Source: an uncultured Desulfospira sp.
GTDB lineage: Bacteria > Desulfobacterota > Desulfobacteria > Desulfobacterales > Desulfobacteraceae
Reading direction: 5' to 3'
Assembly (NCBI GenBank): GCA_963663165.1
Contig: OY760175.1
Coordinates: 5,280,001-5,344,000, forward strand
DNA length: 64,000 bases
Shown: positions 18,637 to 29,587 of the stretch, piece after piece
Numbering within the stretch: position 1 is the first letter of the stretch
Layout: each line of letters starts with the position of its first letter
The notes under the pieces: model-generated
Told to the model about the DNA's origin: nothing
The model's database searches: none
The model's input: the letters and a program-made list of their open reading frames with translations, nothing else
Position numbers and translations under genes: made by a program

Positions 18637-18984
18637 ATGACCGGTTCAGATGAAAAAAGAAAACATCACAGGGTAAGTTTTCCGGCTCGGATTCAGGTTC
18701 TGCTCGATATGGACGGTAAAGAAATAGCGTTAAAAGGCAGTTCCCAGGATTTGAGTCTCAGGGGAATATTTGTGGAAACAGACAGAGACTTTAGCATGGG
18801 AACCCGGTGTCTGGTAAAGGTTTTCCTGGCCGGTGGCATAGATGAGGTTGAACTGCAGATGCAGGGAACCGTGGTCAGGCAGACCCCAAACGGTATTGGC
18901 GTGGAATTTAATTCCATGGACGTGGATACATATTCACATTTGAAAAATATCGTAATGTACAATACAATGGATAGTTCGAGCTAA
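18637..18984 (+). CDS. PilZ-domain c-di-GMP receptor
   Basis: RKHHR (RxxxR) and DLSLRG (DxSxxG). Confidence 0.9.
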   Translation: MTGSDEKRKHHRVSFPARIQVLLDMDGKEIALKGSSQDLSLRGIFVETDRDFSMGTRCLVKVFLAGGIDEVELQMQGTVVRQTPNGIGVEFNSMDVDTYSHLKNIVMYNTMDSSS

Positions 18985-19001
18985 AAGGGTTCTCTTGCTA
19001 A

Positions 19002-19463
19002 ATGGATGTCACACTTATTAATCCGTTTATAAATGCCACTGTCAACGTTCTGGAGACCATGGCCTTTGTGAAGGTTTCTGCCGGGAAACCCTATTTGAAA
19101 AAGGATAACGTCGCCGTAGGGGATGTTTCCGGAGTCCTGGGATTGACAGGCGTTGCCAATGGAACCATTTCAGTAACCTTTGAGGAAAAGTGTATTCTGA
19201 CAATTGTGTCCAACATGTTCGGCGAAACCATGAACAGCCTGAACCATGAAATTGCCGATGCTGTAGGGGAATTGACCAATATGATTTCGGGTCAGGCCCG
19301 GCGGGAGCTTGAAGAGATCGGCAAGGTCTTCAAGGCCGCCATTCCGTCTGTCGTTAGCGGGCCTCAGCACCAAATTATCCATTACTCTAAAGGACCTAAG
19401 ATAGCAATTCCCTTTAGCACTGAGGGTGGGGATTTTACAATTGAAGTCTGTTTTGAAAGATAG
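19002..19463 (+). CDS. cheX: Chemotaxis phosphatase CheX
   Basis: INPFI..., DAVGELTNMISG (ExxN), IPF...GDFTIEV. Confidence 0.9.
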   Translation: MDVTLINPFINATVNVLETMAFVKVSAGKPYLKKDNVAVGDVSGVLGLTGVANGTISVTFEEKCILTIVSNMFGETMNSLNHEIADAVGELTNMISGQARRELEEIGKVFKAAIPSVVSGPQHQIIHYSKGPKIAIPFSTEGGDFTIEVCFER

Positions 19464-19501
19464 AAAACGGTTATAATCCGTATAAGGAGGGAAATTTTGC
19501 A

Positions 19502-19876
19502 ATGGACATGTCCATCAAGGTTCTGATTGTTGACGATTTTGCTACCATGCGCCGCATCCTTAAGAATATTTTAAAGCAATTGGGGTTTAAAAATCTTGTG
19601 GAGGCCGATGATGGTACTGCTGCCTGGGAAATACTGGAAAGCCAGGAGATCAACCTGATTATCTCAGACTGGAATATGCCCAAGATGACAGGGCTGGAGC
19701 TGTTAAAAAAGGTTCGGGCCAGCTCTAACTATAGTAAAATTCCTTTTTTAATGGTTACAGCGGAAGCCCAGAAGCAGAATGTTATCGAGGCGGTTCAGGC
19801 AGGGGTGTCAAATTATGTGGTAAAGCCGTTTACCGCTGAAGCCATATCGGATAAGCTGACAAAGATTCTCAAGTAA
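19502..19876 (+). CDS. cheY: Chemotaxis response regulator CheY
   Basis: [29 protein letters not shown]. Confidence 0.93.
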   Translation: MDMSIKVLIVDDFATMRRILKNILKQLGFKNLVEADDGTAAWEILESQEINLIISDWNMPKMTGLELLKKVRASSNYSKIPFLMVTAEAQKQNVIEAVQAGVSNYVVKPFTAEAISDKLTKILK

Positions 19877-20922
19877 TGGCCGCTTGTCTTCCCCAGCCCG
19901 AAGTTATCGAAAGCGTCCAGGAAACGGCTTTTGACCGGTCCGGCATCGCCGGCATAAGTCCTGGCCTGCTCAATGTCCTTGAAACCGCGCAGAAAGTTTC
20001 AAAGTCAGATGCATCCGTATTAATTACCGGTGAAAGCGGCACCGGAAAGGAGTTGATTGCCCGCGCCATTCATGTAAACAGTTCCCGGAAACTTAACCCC
20101 ATGGTGGTGATTAACTGCGGGGCCATCCCGGGCGAACTGCTTGAAAGCGAGTTGTTCGGCCATGAAAAGGGGGCCTTCACCGGCGCACACCGGTCCAGAA
20201 CCGGCCGGTTTGAAATCGCAGATAAAGGGACGATTTTTCTTGATGAAATCGGGGATATGAGTCCGGACCTTCAGGTAAAGCTGCTGCGGGCGCTCCAGGA
20301 AAGGCGGTTTGAGCGGGTCGGGGGAAACCAGGTCATAGAGGTGGATATCCGGGTCATCTCAGCGACCAATAAAAATCTTGAGCTGGCCGTTGAACAGGGG
20401 GACTTTAGAGAAGATCTGTATTACCGGCTCAATGTGATCCCCATTCATATCCTGCCGTTGCGGGAAAGAAAAGAGGATATCATGCCCCTGGTGGACCATT
20501 TCCAGGAAAACCTTGAATCCCGTGTCCAGGGGTTTGAGGCCAAAGTGTTCTCCGGTGAGGCAGCCAGGGCCCTGGTCAACTATGACTGGCCCGGCAACAT
20601 AAGGGAACTTGAAAACCTGGTGGAACGGGTTTCCGTTCTGGTTGAAAAAAAACGGGTGGATGTTCTGGATCTGCCGGGGAATATAACCGGCTGTGCCATG
20701 GATTCGGGCGTATCCAATGTGGCCACGGTTTTTGAAAAGGGGATCGGGTTTAATGAGGCTGTAGAGCATTATCAGAAAACGCTGATTCTTCATGCGCTAA
20801 ATGAAACCAGCTGGGTAAAAGCGCGGGCAGCCCAGCTTCTAAAAATCAACAGGACCACTCTGGTCGAGAAAATTAAAAAGATGGACCTCGAACCCGAGTC
20901 AGATGAAATGCCTGTTTTTTAA
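19876..20922 (+). CDS. Sigma54-dependent activator (FleQ/FlrA-like) with no N-terminal regulatory domain
   Basis: [36 protein letters not shown]. Confidence 0.85.
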   Translation: MAACLPQPEVIESVQETAFDRSGIAGISPGLLNVLETAQKVSKSDASVLITGESGTGKELIARAIHVNSSRKLNPMVVINCGAIPGELLESELFGHEKGAFTGAHRSRTGRFEIADKGTIFLDEIGDMSPDLQVKLLRALQERRFERVGGNQVIEVDIRVISATNKNLELAVEQGDFREDLYYRLNVIPIHILPLRERKEDIMPLVDHFQENLESRVQGFEAKVFSGEAARALVNYDWPGNIRELENLVERVSVLVEKKRVDVLDLPGNITGCAMDSGVSNVATVFEKGIGFNEAVEHYQKTLILHALNETSWVKARAAQLLKINRTTLVEKIKKMDLEPESDEMPVF

Positions 20923-21122
20923 CCTTTTTTAGTTTTCCTGCCTTTTTTTGTATCGTCCTTCCTCTCCTGCTTTTATCTTTTTGTTTTAATAAAACCGGCC
21001 GGCCACCCGATAAGACATAACAGAAAATGAAAGCCGTTAGCCGTTAGCTTTTAGCCATAAGGACTAACAACCATTCGTTAACGGCTAACAGCTAACAGCT
21101 AATAGCTAATAGCTTTCTTGGT

Positions 21123-21138
21123 TGGCATATATTTTGCT
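21123..21138 (+). promoter_or_regulatory. Sigma54 -24/-12 promoter
   Basis: TGGCATATATTTTGCT, GG-N10-GC, upstream of the TPR gene. Confidence 0.75.
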
Positions 21139-21205
21139 TAATTTTTCTTTGAACTTGTTTTAACAGTTGGTTTTCCGTCAATGGAAGGTTAACAGGCGCC
21201 CCTGA

Positions 21206-23926
21206 ATGGGCACCGGAAATCAATTCATAGGAAAAGGCATGATGGGAAAGTTGAATTTATACAGATTTTCACTGGAATTAATCGGGGCTCTGATCCTGGG
21301 GGTGATCCTCATGGCGCCCGAGTCTGCCGCTGCTGCCAAGGTCCATGTAAAAGAAATCCAAATTCATGAAAATCCGTTTTCCATCGAGTTTTCAATGACA
21401 GGCCAGGTGCCGGTCAAGGTGATCCAGATTGAAGATACAGAAGTCCTGGTCGCCTTGAAAAATACAGCCATTCCCAAAGATTTAAAAGTTAAAGGAAAAA
21501 ATTCAAAGGCCGTTAAAGAAATCAGCATTGAGGAGCTTGACGGCAACGTAGCGGCCATGGTGCTCAAGGCATCACGGCCTTTTAAGCACGTGAACTCAAC
21601 CTTTGACAAAACCGGCTCACGCCTGATTGTGGCTTTGGATGCCAAAGCAGAAACCATCAACATTCCGCCACAGCCCCCAATAGAGGGACAGCCCGCAGCC
21701 GCACCGCCGGCATCACAGTCCGGGCCAGAGCCTCCCCCTGCCACCCCGGCCTATGAAGCGTCTGTGCCGGAAAAGCAGCTGGAACCGGCACCGGCACCTG
21801 CGCCGGAACCTAAACCGCCAGAAGATGAATCCGATTCCGACCCTGAACCGGCCCCTGATCCGGAGCCGACAGCCATGCCCCCTGTTGCTGCCGCCCCGGC
21901 AGCCATGCCGCCAAAGACCGTAAAAGAACCCCCGACGGCCGATAAAAGCGTCAAAATGCCGACGGCTGTCACCTATGTGCCGCCAAAAAGAGAAAAAAGT
22001 GAGTTCACAGGGGACATCAGTGACATTTACCGGGTCATTGCCCGGATGAAGTGCGATTCACCCATTATTCAAAAAACCATTGTCCTGATCAATAAAGACC
22101 AGTATCAAAAGGCCTATGAAGGTCTTGACCATTATGTCCTCCAGGACAATCTGGGATGTATTGAACAGGTTTCTTTTTTAAAGGCATTTGTCTATTATAA
22201 AAGCCTGGACAAAAAGGATTCCAAGGGCCTGCTGGAGGCAGCCCGGATGTTCCAGGAAGCCTTGATCACCTACCCGGGATCTGCCCTGGTTCCCTTTGGC
22301 TATGCCTCTATTGGAATGATTCATACGGCCCTGGGCAACGTATCCCTGGCCGAAGGGTATTTTGACATTGTCCGGCAGGGGTATGAGGCGTATTCGGGCA
22401 TGCCCGAAGTCCTGTACCACCTGGCAAAAGGGTATGAAGAAAAGGGATATACGGATAAGTCCCTCAGATACTATCAGATGGTTTTTGAATCTGAAAAAGA
22501 AAACAGCTATATCCCGGATGCGGGATTCGGATATGGAAAGGCCCTTTTTGAAAAACAGCAGTTTTTCAATGCCCTGGCCATCTTTAATTATCTGGTCAAG
22601 TTGAATGTCAAGCAGATATACGCATCTCCCGAACTGCTGCTCAAGATCGGGGACGCCAACCTTAAACTGAGCATGAGCCGGGAGGCGAGGGACAGCTATG
22701 TCAGGGCCATGAACCTGTTTCCTGATCTTCCGGACAAGGATCTCATTATCAGCCATATCGGGGATACCTACGGCCTTGAGGACAACCCGGATAAAGCCAT
22801 TAAATTTTATGAACTGGTCCGGCAGACGTATCCCGGGACCCCGGGGTATATCAAGGCCTCCATCGGCATCGCCCGGTATCTGGATACCGATGAGAAGAAA
22901 ATTGAGATCTATGAAATGATAAAAACCCAGTTCCCGGATAATACCTACGCCCGGATTGCCATGATGAGACTGGCTGAAATCTATCAGAAAAACGGGGAAC
23001 ACGATAAGTGTATCAAGGAAATTGAAGACCTGTTGTCCACTCATCCGAGAGGCTTGCGGTATGAGGCGGTCAAGCTCATGCAAAAGGCCTATGAAGAACT
23101 GTTTAAAAAGCAGATGAAAGAGGACGGGTATACCGATGTCCTGAGGCGGTATGAATCCGAATATGTGAGGCTCAACCGGATGGAATCCCGGAACATTGAA
23201 TTCAGTGTCGGGATGGCCTATCTGACAGCCGGACTCTATGAGCAGGCATTTAATCATTTGATTAATGCCTATAAACAGTATAAAAGATCAGAGAGGTCTC
23301 CTGAATTGCTTTTCGGGTTGGGCCTGGCCATGGATGAGTCGGGCAGGGATGCGGACGCATTAAAATTATTTTCCGGATTTTCAAAACGGTTCCCCAAAGA
23401 CAAGAGGCTTTCAAAGGCCCAAATTCGGATGGGAAAGATCTATCTGGAAAAGTCTGATTTCAAACATTCAGACATCAGCTTTAAAGCGGCTTATGCCGCA
23501 TCACAGGACAGCCTTGAAAAAGGGCGGATCCGCCTGTGGCATGCCCAAGGATTTGAACAGAATAAAGACTTAAAAAGGGCGGCAGAACTCAAAGTCCTGG
23601 CCATAAAAGATTTTGCGGCCGCTCCCGGAAACAATTACCAGGCCCTGGCCGATGCCTATCTGACCCTGGGCGATACCTATGTGGTCCTTGGCAGTTATGT
23701 CCAGGCCGCAGACGCATTTTCAAAGGCCTTAAGCTTTTCTTCTGAGGATAAAGACAGGGCCAGCATCGGGTTCTTCCTGGGGGATGCCTACCAGAAAGGC
23801 AATATTCTGGATAAGGCCCAAGAGGCCTATGAACAGGTGGTGCAAAATTATGACTCTGTGTGGGCCAGGCTGGCAAGGCAGCGCTTGTCCACCCTGGAGC
23901 TTGCAAAGCGTGTACAAAACTCCTGA
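21206..23926 (+). CDS. Flagellar-cluster periplasmic TPR protein (N-terminal beta domain, Pro-rich linker)
   Basis: Signal/TM segment, PAPAPEP linker, many TPR-like helix pairs. Confidence 0.8.
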   Translation: MGTGNQFIGKGMMGKLNLYRFSLELIGALILGVILMAPESAAAAKVHVKEIQIHENPFSIEFSMTGQVPVKVIQIEDTEVLVALKNTAIPKDLKVKGKNSKAVKEISIEELDGNVAAMVLKASRPFKHVNSTFDKTGSRLIVALDAKAETINIPPQPPIEGQPAAAPPASQSGPEPPPATPAYEASVPEKQLEPAPAPAPEPKPPEDESDSDPEPAPDPEPTAMPPVAAAPAAMPPKTVKEPPTADKSVKMPTAVTYVPPKREKSEFTGDISDIYRVIARMKCDSPIIQKTIVLINKDQYQKAYEGLDHYVLQDNLGCIEQVSFLKAFVYYKSLDKKDSKGLLEAARMFQEALITYPGSALVPFGYASIGMIHTALGNVSLAEGYFDIVRQGYEAYSGMPEVLYHLAKGYEEKGYTDKSLRYYQMVFESEKENSYIPDAGFGYGKALFEKQQFFNALAIFNYLVKLNVKQIYASPELLLKIGDANLKLSMSREARDSYVRAMNLFPDLPDKDLIISHIGDTYGLEDNPDKAIKFYELVRQTYPGTPGYIKASIGIARYLDTDEKKIEIYEMIKTQFPDNTYARIAMMRLAEIYQKNGEHDKCIKEIEDLLSTHPRGLRYEAVKLMQKAYEELFKKQMKEDGYTDVLRRYESEYVRLNRMESRNIEFSVGMAYLTAGLYEQAFNHLINAYKQYKRSERSPELLFGLGLAMDESGRDADALKLFSGFSKRFPKDKRLSKAQIRMGKIYLEKSDFKHSDISFKAAYAASQDSLEKGRIRLWHAQGFEQNKDLKRAAELKVLAIKDFAAAPGNNYQALADAYLTLGDTYVVLGSYVQAADAFSKALSFSSEDKDRASIGFFLGDAYQKGNILDKAQEAYEQVVQNYDSVWARLARQRLSTLELAKRVQNS

Positions 23927-23946
23927 ACTTTGGAAATGACGTTATA

Positions 23947-25308
23947 GTGCCGGGACATCGAATTTTCATTATACTGGAAGATCCCAAAGAACGCATCCGG
24001 TTTACCGAAATGTTCGAGGGTTTGGGCTTTCTGGTTGATGCTGTGCCTGAAGGCAGCCAGGCCATAGAATATCTGACTGAAAACAAACCCGATGTGGTTC
24101 TGGCCGACGAGACCACCCCTGATTTTTTTGCCATTGAATTCTTAAAGCAGTCCATTAAACTCCTTCCCGACTGCCGGACCATTATTCTCACCTCTCATCC
24201 CGAAGTAGACCATGCCGTCAATTTGATCAAAACCGGGGCCTTAGATTACCTGATCAAGCCCGTTGATATCCGCCAGATTGAATTGAGCGTCCGGCGGGCT
24301 TTGCTCATGGGGAAAAAAAATGAGGACCCCCGGGAAAAGGGCAAAAAAAAGAAAACCCCGGACATTATAACGGAAAACCCGGGCATGAAAGCGTTGTTAA
24401 AGCTGTCCCAGAGAATTGCCGATTCCACGGCGTCTGTCCTGATTCAGGGGGAAAGCGGCACGGGAAAGGAACTTTTTGCCCGGTTCATCCATGAAAAAAG
24501 TGCCAGAAAGTCCCAACCCTTTGTGGCGGTCAACTGTGCGGCCCTGCCGGAAAACCTGCTGGAAAGCGAATTGTTCGGCCATGAAAAAGGGGCGTTTACC
24601 GGCGCCATTTCCCGGAAAATCGGAAAATTTGAACTGGCCCATAAAGGGTCTTTGTTTCTTGACGAGATTACGGAGATGCAGTTTCACCTCCAGGCCAAGC
24701 TGCTGCGGGTCCTCCAGGAAAGGGTGGTGGACCGGGTGGGCGGTACCCAGCCCGTAGAGGTGGATGTAAGGGTGATTGCCACCACCAACCGGAACCCCAA
24801 AGAAGCTGTTGAAAACGGGGACTTCAGGGAAGATCTGTTTTACCGTCTGAGTACCATCCCGCTGGTCATCCCGCCCTTAAGGGACCGGGCCGGGGACCTG
24901 GAACCCCTGTGCCGTTTTTTCATTAAAAAATACAGCCGGATTGACGGCCGGGATGTCAAGGGAATGACGCCCGGGGCCTTATCTGTCCTCTCCTCTCATT
25001 TATTTTCCGGCAATGTCAGGGAACTTGAAAATATCATTCACCGGGCCGTTCTTTTGGCGGAATCTGCCATGATTGAACCCGCTGATCTCATGATGGATGA
25101 TATTATTCCAAGGCCTGAAGCGGCCTCTCTTGACGGGGATTTTGCCCATTCTCCCCTTGCTGCGGGCTCCTTGCGGGAAATGGAGCAAAAGATGATCTTC
25201 AGCGCCTTAGACCAGACCGAGGGCAACCGGACCCATGCGGCAAAAATCCTTGGCATCAGTGTCAGAACCCTCCGCAACAAGCTCAACGAGTACAAAGAAA
25301 ACTTCTGA
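23947..25308 (+). CDS. Sigma54-dependent response regulator (FlrC/FleR-like)
   Basis: REC-like domain, [27 protein letters not shown]; start moved to GTG 23947 to avoid overlap. Confidence 0.85.
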   Translation: MPGHRIFIILEDPKERIRFTEMFEGLGFLVDAVPEGSQAIEYLTENKPDVVLADETTPDFFAIEFLKQSIKLLPDCRTIILTSHPEVDHAVNLIKTGALDYLIKPVDIRQIELSVRRALLMGKKNEDPREKGKKKKTPDIITENPGMKALLKLSQRIADSTASVLIQGESGTGKELFARFIHEKSARKSQPFVAVNCAALPENLLESELFGHEKGAFTGAISRKIGKFELAHKGSLFLDEITEMQFHLQAKLLRVLQERVVDRVGGTQPVEVDVRVIATTNRNPKEAVENGDFREDLFYRLSTIPLVIPPLRDRAGDLEPLCRFFIKKYSRIDGRDVKGMTPGALSVLSSHLFSGNVRELENIIHRAVLLAESAMIEPADLMMDDIIPRPEAASLDGDFAHSPLAAGSLREMEQKMIFSALDQTEGNRTHAAKILGISVRTLRNKLNEYKENF

Positions 25309-25315
25309 TCTTTTT

Positions 25316-25332
25316 TCGGCATACAATTTGCT
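25316..25332 (+). promoter_or_regulatory. Sigma54 promoter of the flgB operon
   Basis: TCGGCATACAATTTGCT, GG-N10-GC. Confidence 0.75.
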
Positions 25333-25485
25333 TCTATTGGTTACAGGGTTGAAAATAACCCGGTTTTGACAACCTGTAACCGGACACCGAAACATCAATT
25401 TCAACCCCTGTAATTAATCTGGAAGATTTCGCGTTTTCCAGGACAGCCCCAAAAGCAACCATCCGTTTTATACCAAGGGGGAAAC

Positions 25486-25896
25486 ATGGCGGATTCAAGA
25501 ATTTTCGGACATACCCATGAGATGATGGGAAAGGCCCTGGACATATCGGCCCGGCGCCACAATCTGATTTCCGGCAACATCGCCAATATGGATACCATTG
25601 GCTACACACCGTCGGATCTGGACTTTGACCGGACCCTGGCCCAAGCCATGGCGGAAAAAGAACCGGATTATCTGGCCAAAACCCATGAAAAACATCTGTC
25701 CATGAACGGCGAGGACAGTTTCTCCATGAACGGGGAAGACAGTGAAGCGGTGGATATCTACCATCTGGACTCTGTGAATATTGATACTGAAATGATGAAC
25801 CTGATGCAGAACAACATCAAGTACCAGACCACCACCGAGTTGCTGCTTCGAAAGATGAATTTACTCAATTATGCCATAGATGAGGGGGGTAAATAA
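25486..25896 (+). CDS. flgB: Flagellar basal-body rod protein FlgB
   Basis: ISGNIANMDTIGY, VNIDTEM. Confidence 0.92.
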   Translation: MADSRIFGHTHEMMGKALDISARRHNLISGNIANMDTIGYTPSDLDFDRTLAQAMAEKEPDYLAKTHEKHLSMNGEDSFSMNGEDSEAVDIYHLDSVNIDTEMMNLMQNNIKYQTTTELLLRKMNLLNYAIDEGGK

Positions 25897-25898
25897 CC

Positions 25899-26396
25899 GT
25901 GGATCTGATCAACGCTTCCAAAATCAGCGGAACCGCCTTAGCGGCCCATCGGTACAAACTCAATGTAATTGCTGAAAACCTGGCCAATGTGGATACCACC
26001 CGGACCGAAGAGGGCGGCCCTTACCGGCGCAAAATGGTTATTTTCAAAGGCGATGATATTGAGTCCTTTAAAAGTGTCATTGAAAAGAAACAGGAAAAAA
26101 AGGCCACCATGGGCATTGAATTCAGCCCCATTGAATTTGATTCAGACAAAAAAGAGGACAGGGGCACCGGGGTAAAGGTGGACCAGGTGGTTCGGTCCCA
26201 GGAAGATTTCCGGCTGGTGTATGAACCGTCCCACCCTGATGCCGACCCGGACACCGGATACGTGAGAATGCCCAATGTGGACCATTTAACCGAAATTGCC
26301 GACATGATGGTGGCCCGGCGAAGCTATGAAGCCAGCATTACGGCCTTGTCCACCACCAAGGATATGATATCAAAGGCCCTGGAAATTGGTAAATAA
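25899..26396 (+). CDS. flgC: Flagellar basal-body rod protein FlgC
   Basis: AENLANVDTTR..GGPYRRK, YEPSHPDA, GYVRMPNV. Confidence 0.95.
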   Translation: MDLINASKISGTALAAHRYKLNVIAENLANVDTTRTEEGGPYRRKMVIFKGDDIESFKSVIEKKQEKKATMGIEFSPIEFDSDKKEDRGTGVKVDQVVRSQEDFRLVYEPSHPDADPDTGYVRMPNVDHLTEIADMMVARRSYEASITALSTTKDMISKALEIGK

Positions 26397-26523
26397 TGCT
26401 GTTTGAACGACAATTCACCCATCTGCGGACCGACTTTGAATAATTTGCATCCGGCAAATTCTCACTCAAACAGAGGACCGTATAACTTTTAGATGGTTTA
26501 AGGATATAGCAAGGAGGAAAAAT

Positions 26524-26814
26524 ATGGATGTCAACGGTGTACAGGGAAAAATTTCTTTAAAGACAGAGCCGGTGGCCACCCGGGTTGAACGGCGTAATCC
26601 CGAGTTCTTTAACCGGCTTAAGGCCGCGGTCTTAGATGTCAACGACAAACAGCACATTGCCGATGATTCAGCCGAGGCGGTGATCAAAGGCGAAATGGGC
26701 ATCCATGAAGGCATGATGGCCATGGGCAGGGCCGACACCAATCTAAGGCTTTTGGCCCAGGTCAGAAATAAGGCCATGGACGCCTACAGCGAAATCATCC
26801 GGATGCAGGTATAA
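26524..26814 (+). CDS. fliE: Flagellar hook-basal body protein FliE
   Basis: QVRNKAMDAYSEIIRMQV C-terminus. Confidence 0.93.
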   Translation: MDVNGVQGKISLKTEPVATRVERRNPEFFNRLKAAVLDVNDKQHIADDSAEAVIKGEMGIHEGMMAMGRADTNLRLLAQVRNKAMDAYSEIIRMQV

Positions 26815-26861
26815 GCAAATTACAGGGCAACAGGCTGTAAAATGGAGCATAGATTAAGGTC

Positions 26862-28571
26862 ATGAATCCCGTCATAGAAAAAATTATCACCATGGTCAAG
26901 GAGTTGTCCATGGTCCGGAAGGTCGGCCTCGGGCTTCTGGTCCTGGTCCTTATCGCCGGATTCACCACCATGTTTATCTGGGCCAATAAGACCAAGTTCC
27001 GGGCCGCTTATTCGGGACTCTCCAAGGAAGATGCCGCCGCCGTGGTGGCCAAGCTCAAGGAATCCAATACCCCCTACCGCCTGGAAGGAGACGGGACCAC
27101 CATCATGGTGCCTGACAAGGTGGTGTATGATGTGAGGCTGGCCATGGCCGGGGAGGGTATCCCTAAAGGCGGGGGCGTGGGGTACGAGATTTTTGATAAA
27201 AACGAATTTGGCACCACGGAGTTTGTCCAGAAGATCAATAAGATCAGGGCCCTGCAAGGAGAGCTGGCCCGGACCATTTCCGCTTTTGATGAGGTCAACA
27301 ATGCCCGGGTCATGATTGTCCTGCCCAAGGAGTCGGTCTTTGTGGAGGAAACCAAACAGCCCTCGGCCTCCATTCTCCTGGAGCTCAACTCGGACCTGGA
27401 TAAGGGAAAAGTGACCTCCATTGCCCACCTGGTGGCAGGATCGGTCCAGGACCTGACCCCGAAGCTGGTGACCATAGTGGACACCACGGGCAGAATCCTT
27501 TTTGAAGGAAAGTCTGAAGAAGAACAGGCCAAAATTGATGCCAAAAACCTGGCCGATACCCAGTACCAGTACAAGGTCCGGTTTGAAGAGAACCTGACCC
27601 GCCGGATCCAGACCATGCTTGAACGGATCGTGGGAAAGGACAAGGCCATTGTTCGGGTCAATTCTGAAATGGATTTTTCCAAAAAAAGCCTGAATGAAGA
27701 AATATACGATCCCCTGGAGCGGGGGGGCGAATTTATCCGCAGCCGGAAAAACCGGGCGGAAAAAGTGGTCCAGGTCACCGAAGATATGGCGATTCCCTCC
27801 AGTGTCAATCCCATCACCGATGAAAATGCACAAGACCAGTCCAACGAAAAAATCAATAAAAGCGATGATACGGTCAACTATGAGATCTCAAAGCAGATCA
27901 TGGCGGTAAGCAAACCCATGGCCGAATTAAAACGGGTCTCCGTGGCTGCGGTCATTGACGGCAAATACGAATACCAGACCGATGAGGCGGGAAATGCCAA
28001 AAAGGTGTATCAGCCAAGGTCTGCCGAAGAGATGAAGCAGTTTGAGAATATTGTGGCCAAGGCCATGGGATTCAACGAGGAACGAAGCGACCAGGTGTCC
28101 ATGGAATGCTTTCCCTTTGCGTCCATTGATGATCTGGCCCAGGCCCAGCCTTCCATTACGGGCTGGAGAATGGTACAAAAGGAATATGGCCGGCTGATTG
28201 CCAACCTCCTGCTGGTTCTGGTCCTGTTCCTTTTTGTGATCCGGCCTGTGATAAAAACCGTAAAAGATATCAAGAGTACGGTGGAACAAGAGGCCCTGCC
28301 AAGTCCTGAAGAACTGGCCCTGCTGGAAGAAGAGGCGGCACCCCCGAAATTTGAAGAAATGGATGCATCCCAGCAAAAAGAATACCTGGATCTGATGCCC
28401 GTAGACCAGCGCGAAGAGTTCATCCAGAAAATGACCCCGGCTGAGCGGGCTGCCTATATTGCCAACCTGACGGTCAATGAAAAGGCGAAATATTATGCCA
28501 ACCAGGATTTTGACAGAACCATCAATATCATCAAAAGCTGGGTCAGCGATTTTGACTCAGAAGAGGATTAG
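26862..28571 (+). CDS. fliF: Flagellar M-ring protein FliF
   Basis: GYEIFDK..FGTTEFVQ, RALQGELARTI, two TM segments. Confidence 0.95.
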   Translation: MNPVIEKIITMVKELSMVRKVGLGLLVLVLIAGFTTMFIWANKTKFRAAYSGLSKEDAAAVVAKLKESNTPYRLEGDGTTIMVPDKVVYDVRLAMAGEGIPKGGGVGYEIFDKNEFGTTEFVQKINKIRALQGELARTISAFDEVNNARVMIVLPKESVFVEETKQPSASILLELNSDLDKGKVTSIAHLVAGSVQDLTPKLVTIVDTTGRILFEGKSEEEQAKIDAKNLADTQYQYKVRFEENLTRRIQTMLERIVGKDKAIVRVNSEMDFSKKSLNEEIYDPLERGGEFIRSRKNRAEKVVQVTEDMAIPSSVNPITDENAQDQSNEKINKSDDTVNYEISKQIMAVSKPMAELKRVSVAAVIDGKYEYQTDEAGNAKKVYQPRSAEEMKQFENIVAKAMGFNEERSDQVSMECFPFASIDDLAQAQPSITGWRMVQKEYGRLIANLLLVLVLFLFVIRPVIKTVKDIKSTVEQEALPSPEELALLEEEAAPPKFEEMDASQQKEYLDLMPVDQREEFIQKMTPAERAAYIANLTVNEKAKYYANQDFDRTINIIKSWVSDFDSEED

Positions 28572-28573
28572 CC

Positions 28574-29587
28574 ATGGCAGAATCAATTGACCCCAAAAAA
28601 ATGACGGGCACCATGAAAGCGGCCATTTTCCTAATGCTTATGGGGGAAAAGTATACCACCCGGGTATTTGAGAAAATGAGCGAGCAGGATATTGCCGAAA
28701 TCGCCTTTGAAATGTCCAAGGTGGATCACATCACTCCGGAAATCATCAAGGCCGTTTCCGGGGACTTTGTGGTGAATTTTGAAGGTGAAACCCGGATGAT
28801 TGTGGAAGGAGACTCCTTCATTAAGAATGTCGTATCCAAGACCCTGAAGGATGCCCAGGCCAAAGCCATCTTAGAAGACCTTGAAAAAAAGAAACAGGAC
28901 AAGCCCTTTATCTGGAGCCGGAATGTCAATGTGGGAACCCTGGCAAGCTATGTGGAAGGGGAGCATCCCCAGACCATTGCCATGATTTTGGCCCATATGC
29001 CCGCTGAAATATCCTCTGAAATCATGATGAACCTTCCCGAGGAGCGCAAAGGGGATATTGCCCTGCGCCTGGCCCGCCTGGGGCAGATTTCCGAGGATGT
29101 GGTCCGGGATGTGGACCGGGCCCTTAAGATGGAACTGAGCGGGGCCGTGGGTCCCGGCGGCAAGGCCGGCGGTATTGAAGTTCTGGTGAATATCATTAAC
29201 GGGGTGGACAAGGCCACTGAAGACGCGGTCATGGAATTCCTTGAAGAAGATGATGCGGAAATGGCCAACGAGATCAGAAAACTCATGTTTGTCTTTGAAG
29301 ATCTGTGCAATGTGGATGATACGGCCATGAGGGAGATCCTGAAGAAGGTTGAAGGACAGCAGCTGACCTATGCATTGAAGACCGCCACGGACGATATGAG
29401 GGAAAAGATCTTCTCCAACCTGTCCCAGCGGGCCGGTGAGATGCTCAAAGACGATCTCGAGGCCATGGGTCCGGTACGCTTGACAGAGGTTGAAGAGGCC
29501 CAGCAGGCCGTCGTCAGGGCGGCCAAGGAACTGGAAGCCGAAGGCACCATCACCCTTGGGAAAGGAAAAGACGATGTCCTTGTCTGA
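28574..29587 (+). CDS. fliG: Flagellar motor switch protein FliG
   Basis: EHPQTIA, MFVFEDL, GPVRL..VEEAQ. Confidence 0.95.
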   Translation: MAESIDPKKMTGTMKAAIFLMLMGEKYTTRVFEKMSEQDIAEIAFEMSKVDHITPEIIKAVSGDFVVNFEGETRMIVEGDSFIKNVVSKTLKDAQAKAILEDLEKKKQDKPFIWSRNVNVGTLASYVEGEHPQTIAMILAHMPAEISSEIMMNLPEERKGDIALRLARLGQISEDVVRDVDRALKMELSGAVGPGGKAGGIEVLVNIINGVDKATEDAVMEFLEEDDAEMANEIRKLMFVFEDLCNVDDTAMREILKKVEGQQLTYALKTATDDMREKIFSNLSQRAGEMLKDDLEAMGPVRLTEVEEAQQAVVRAAKELEAEGTITLGKGKDDVLV

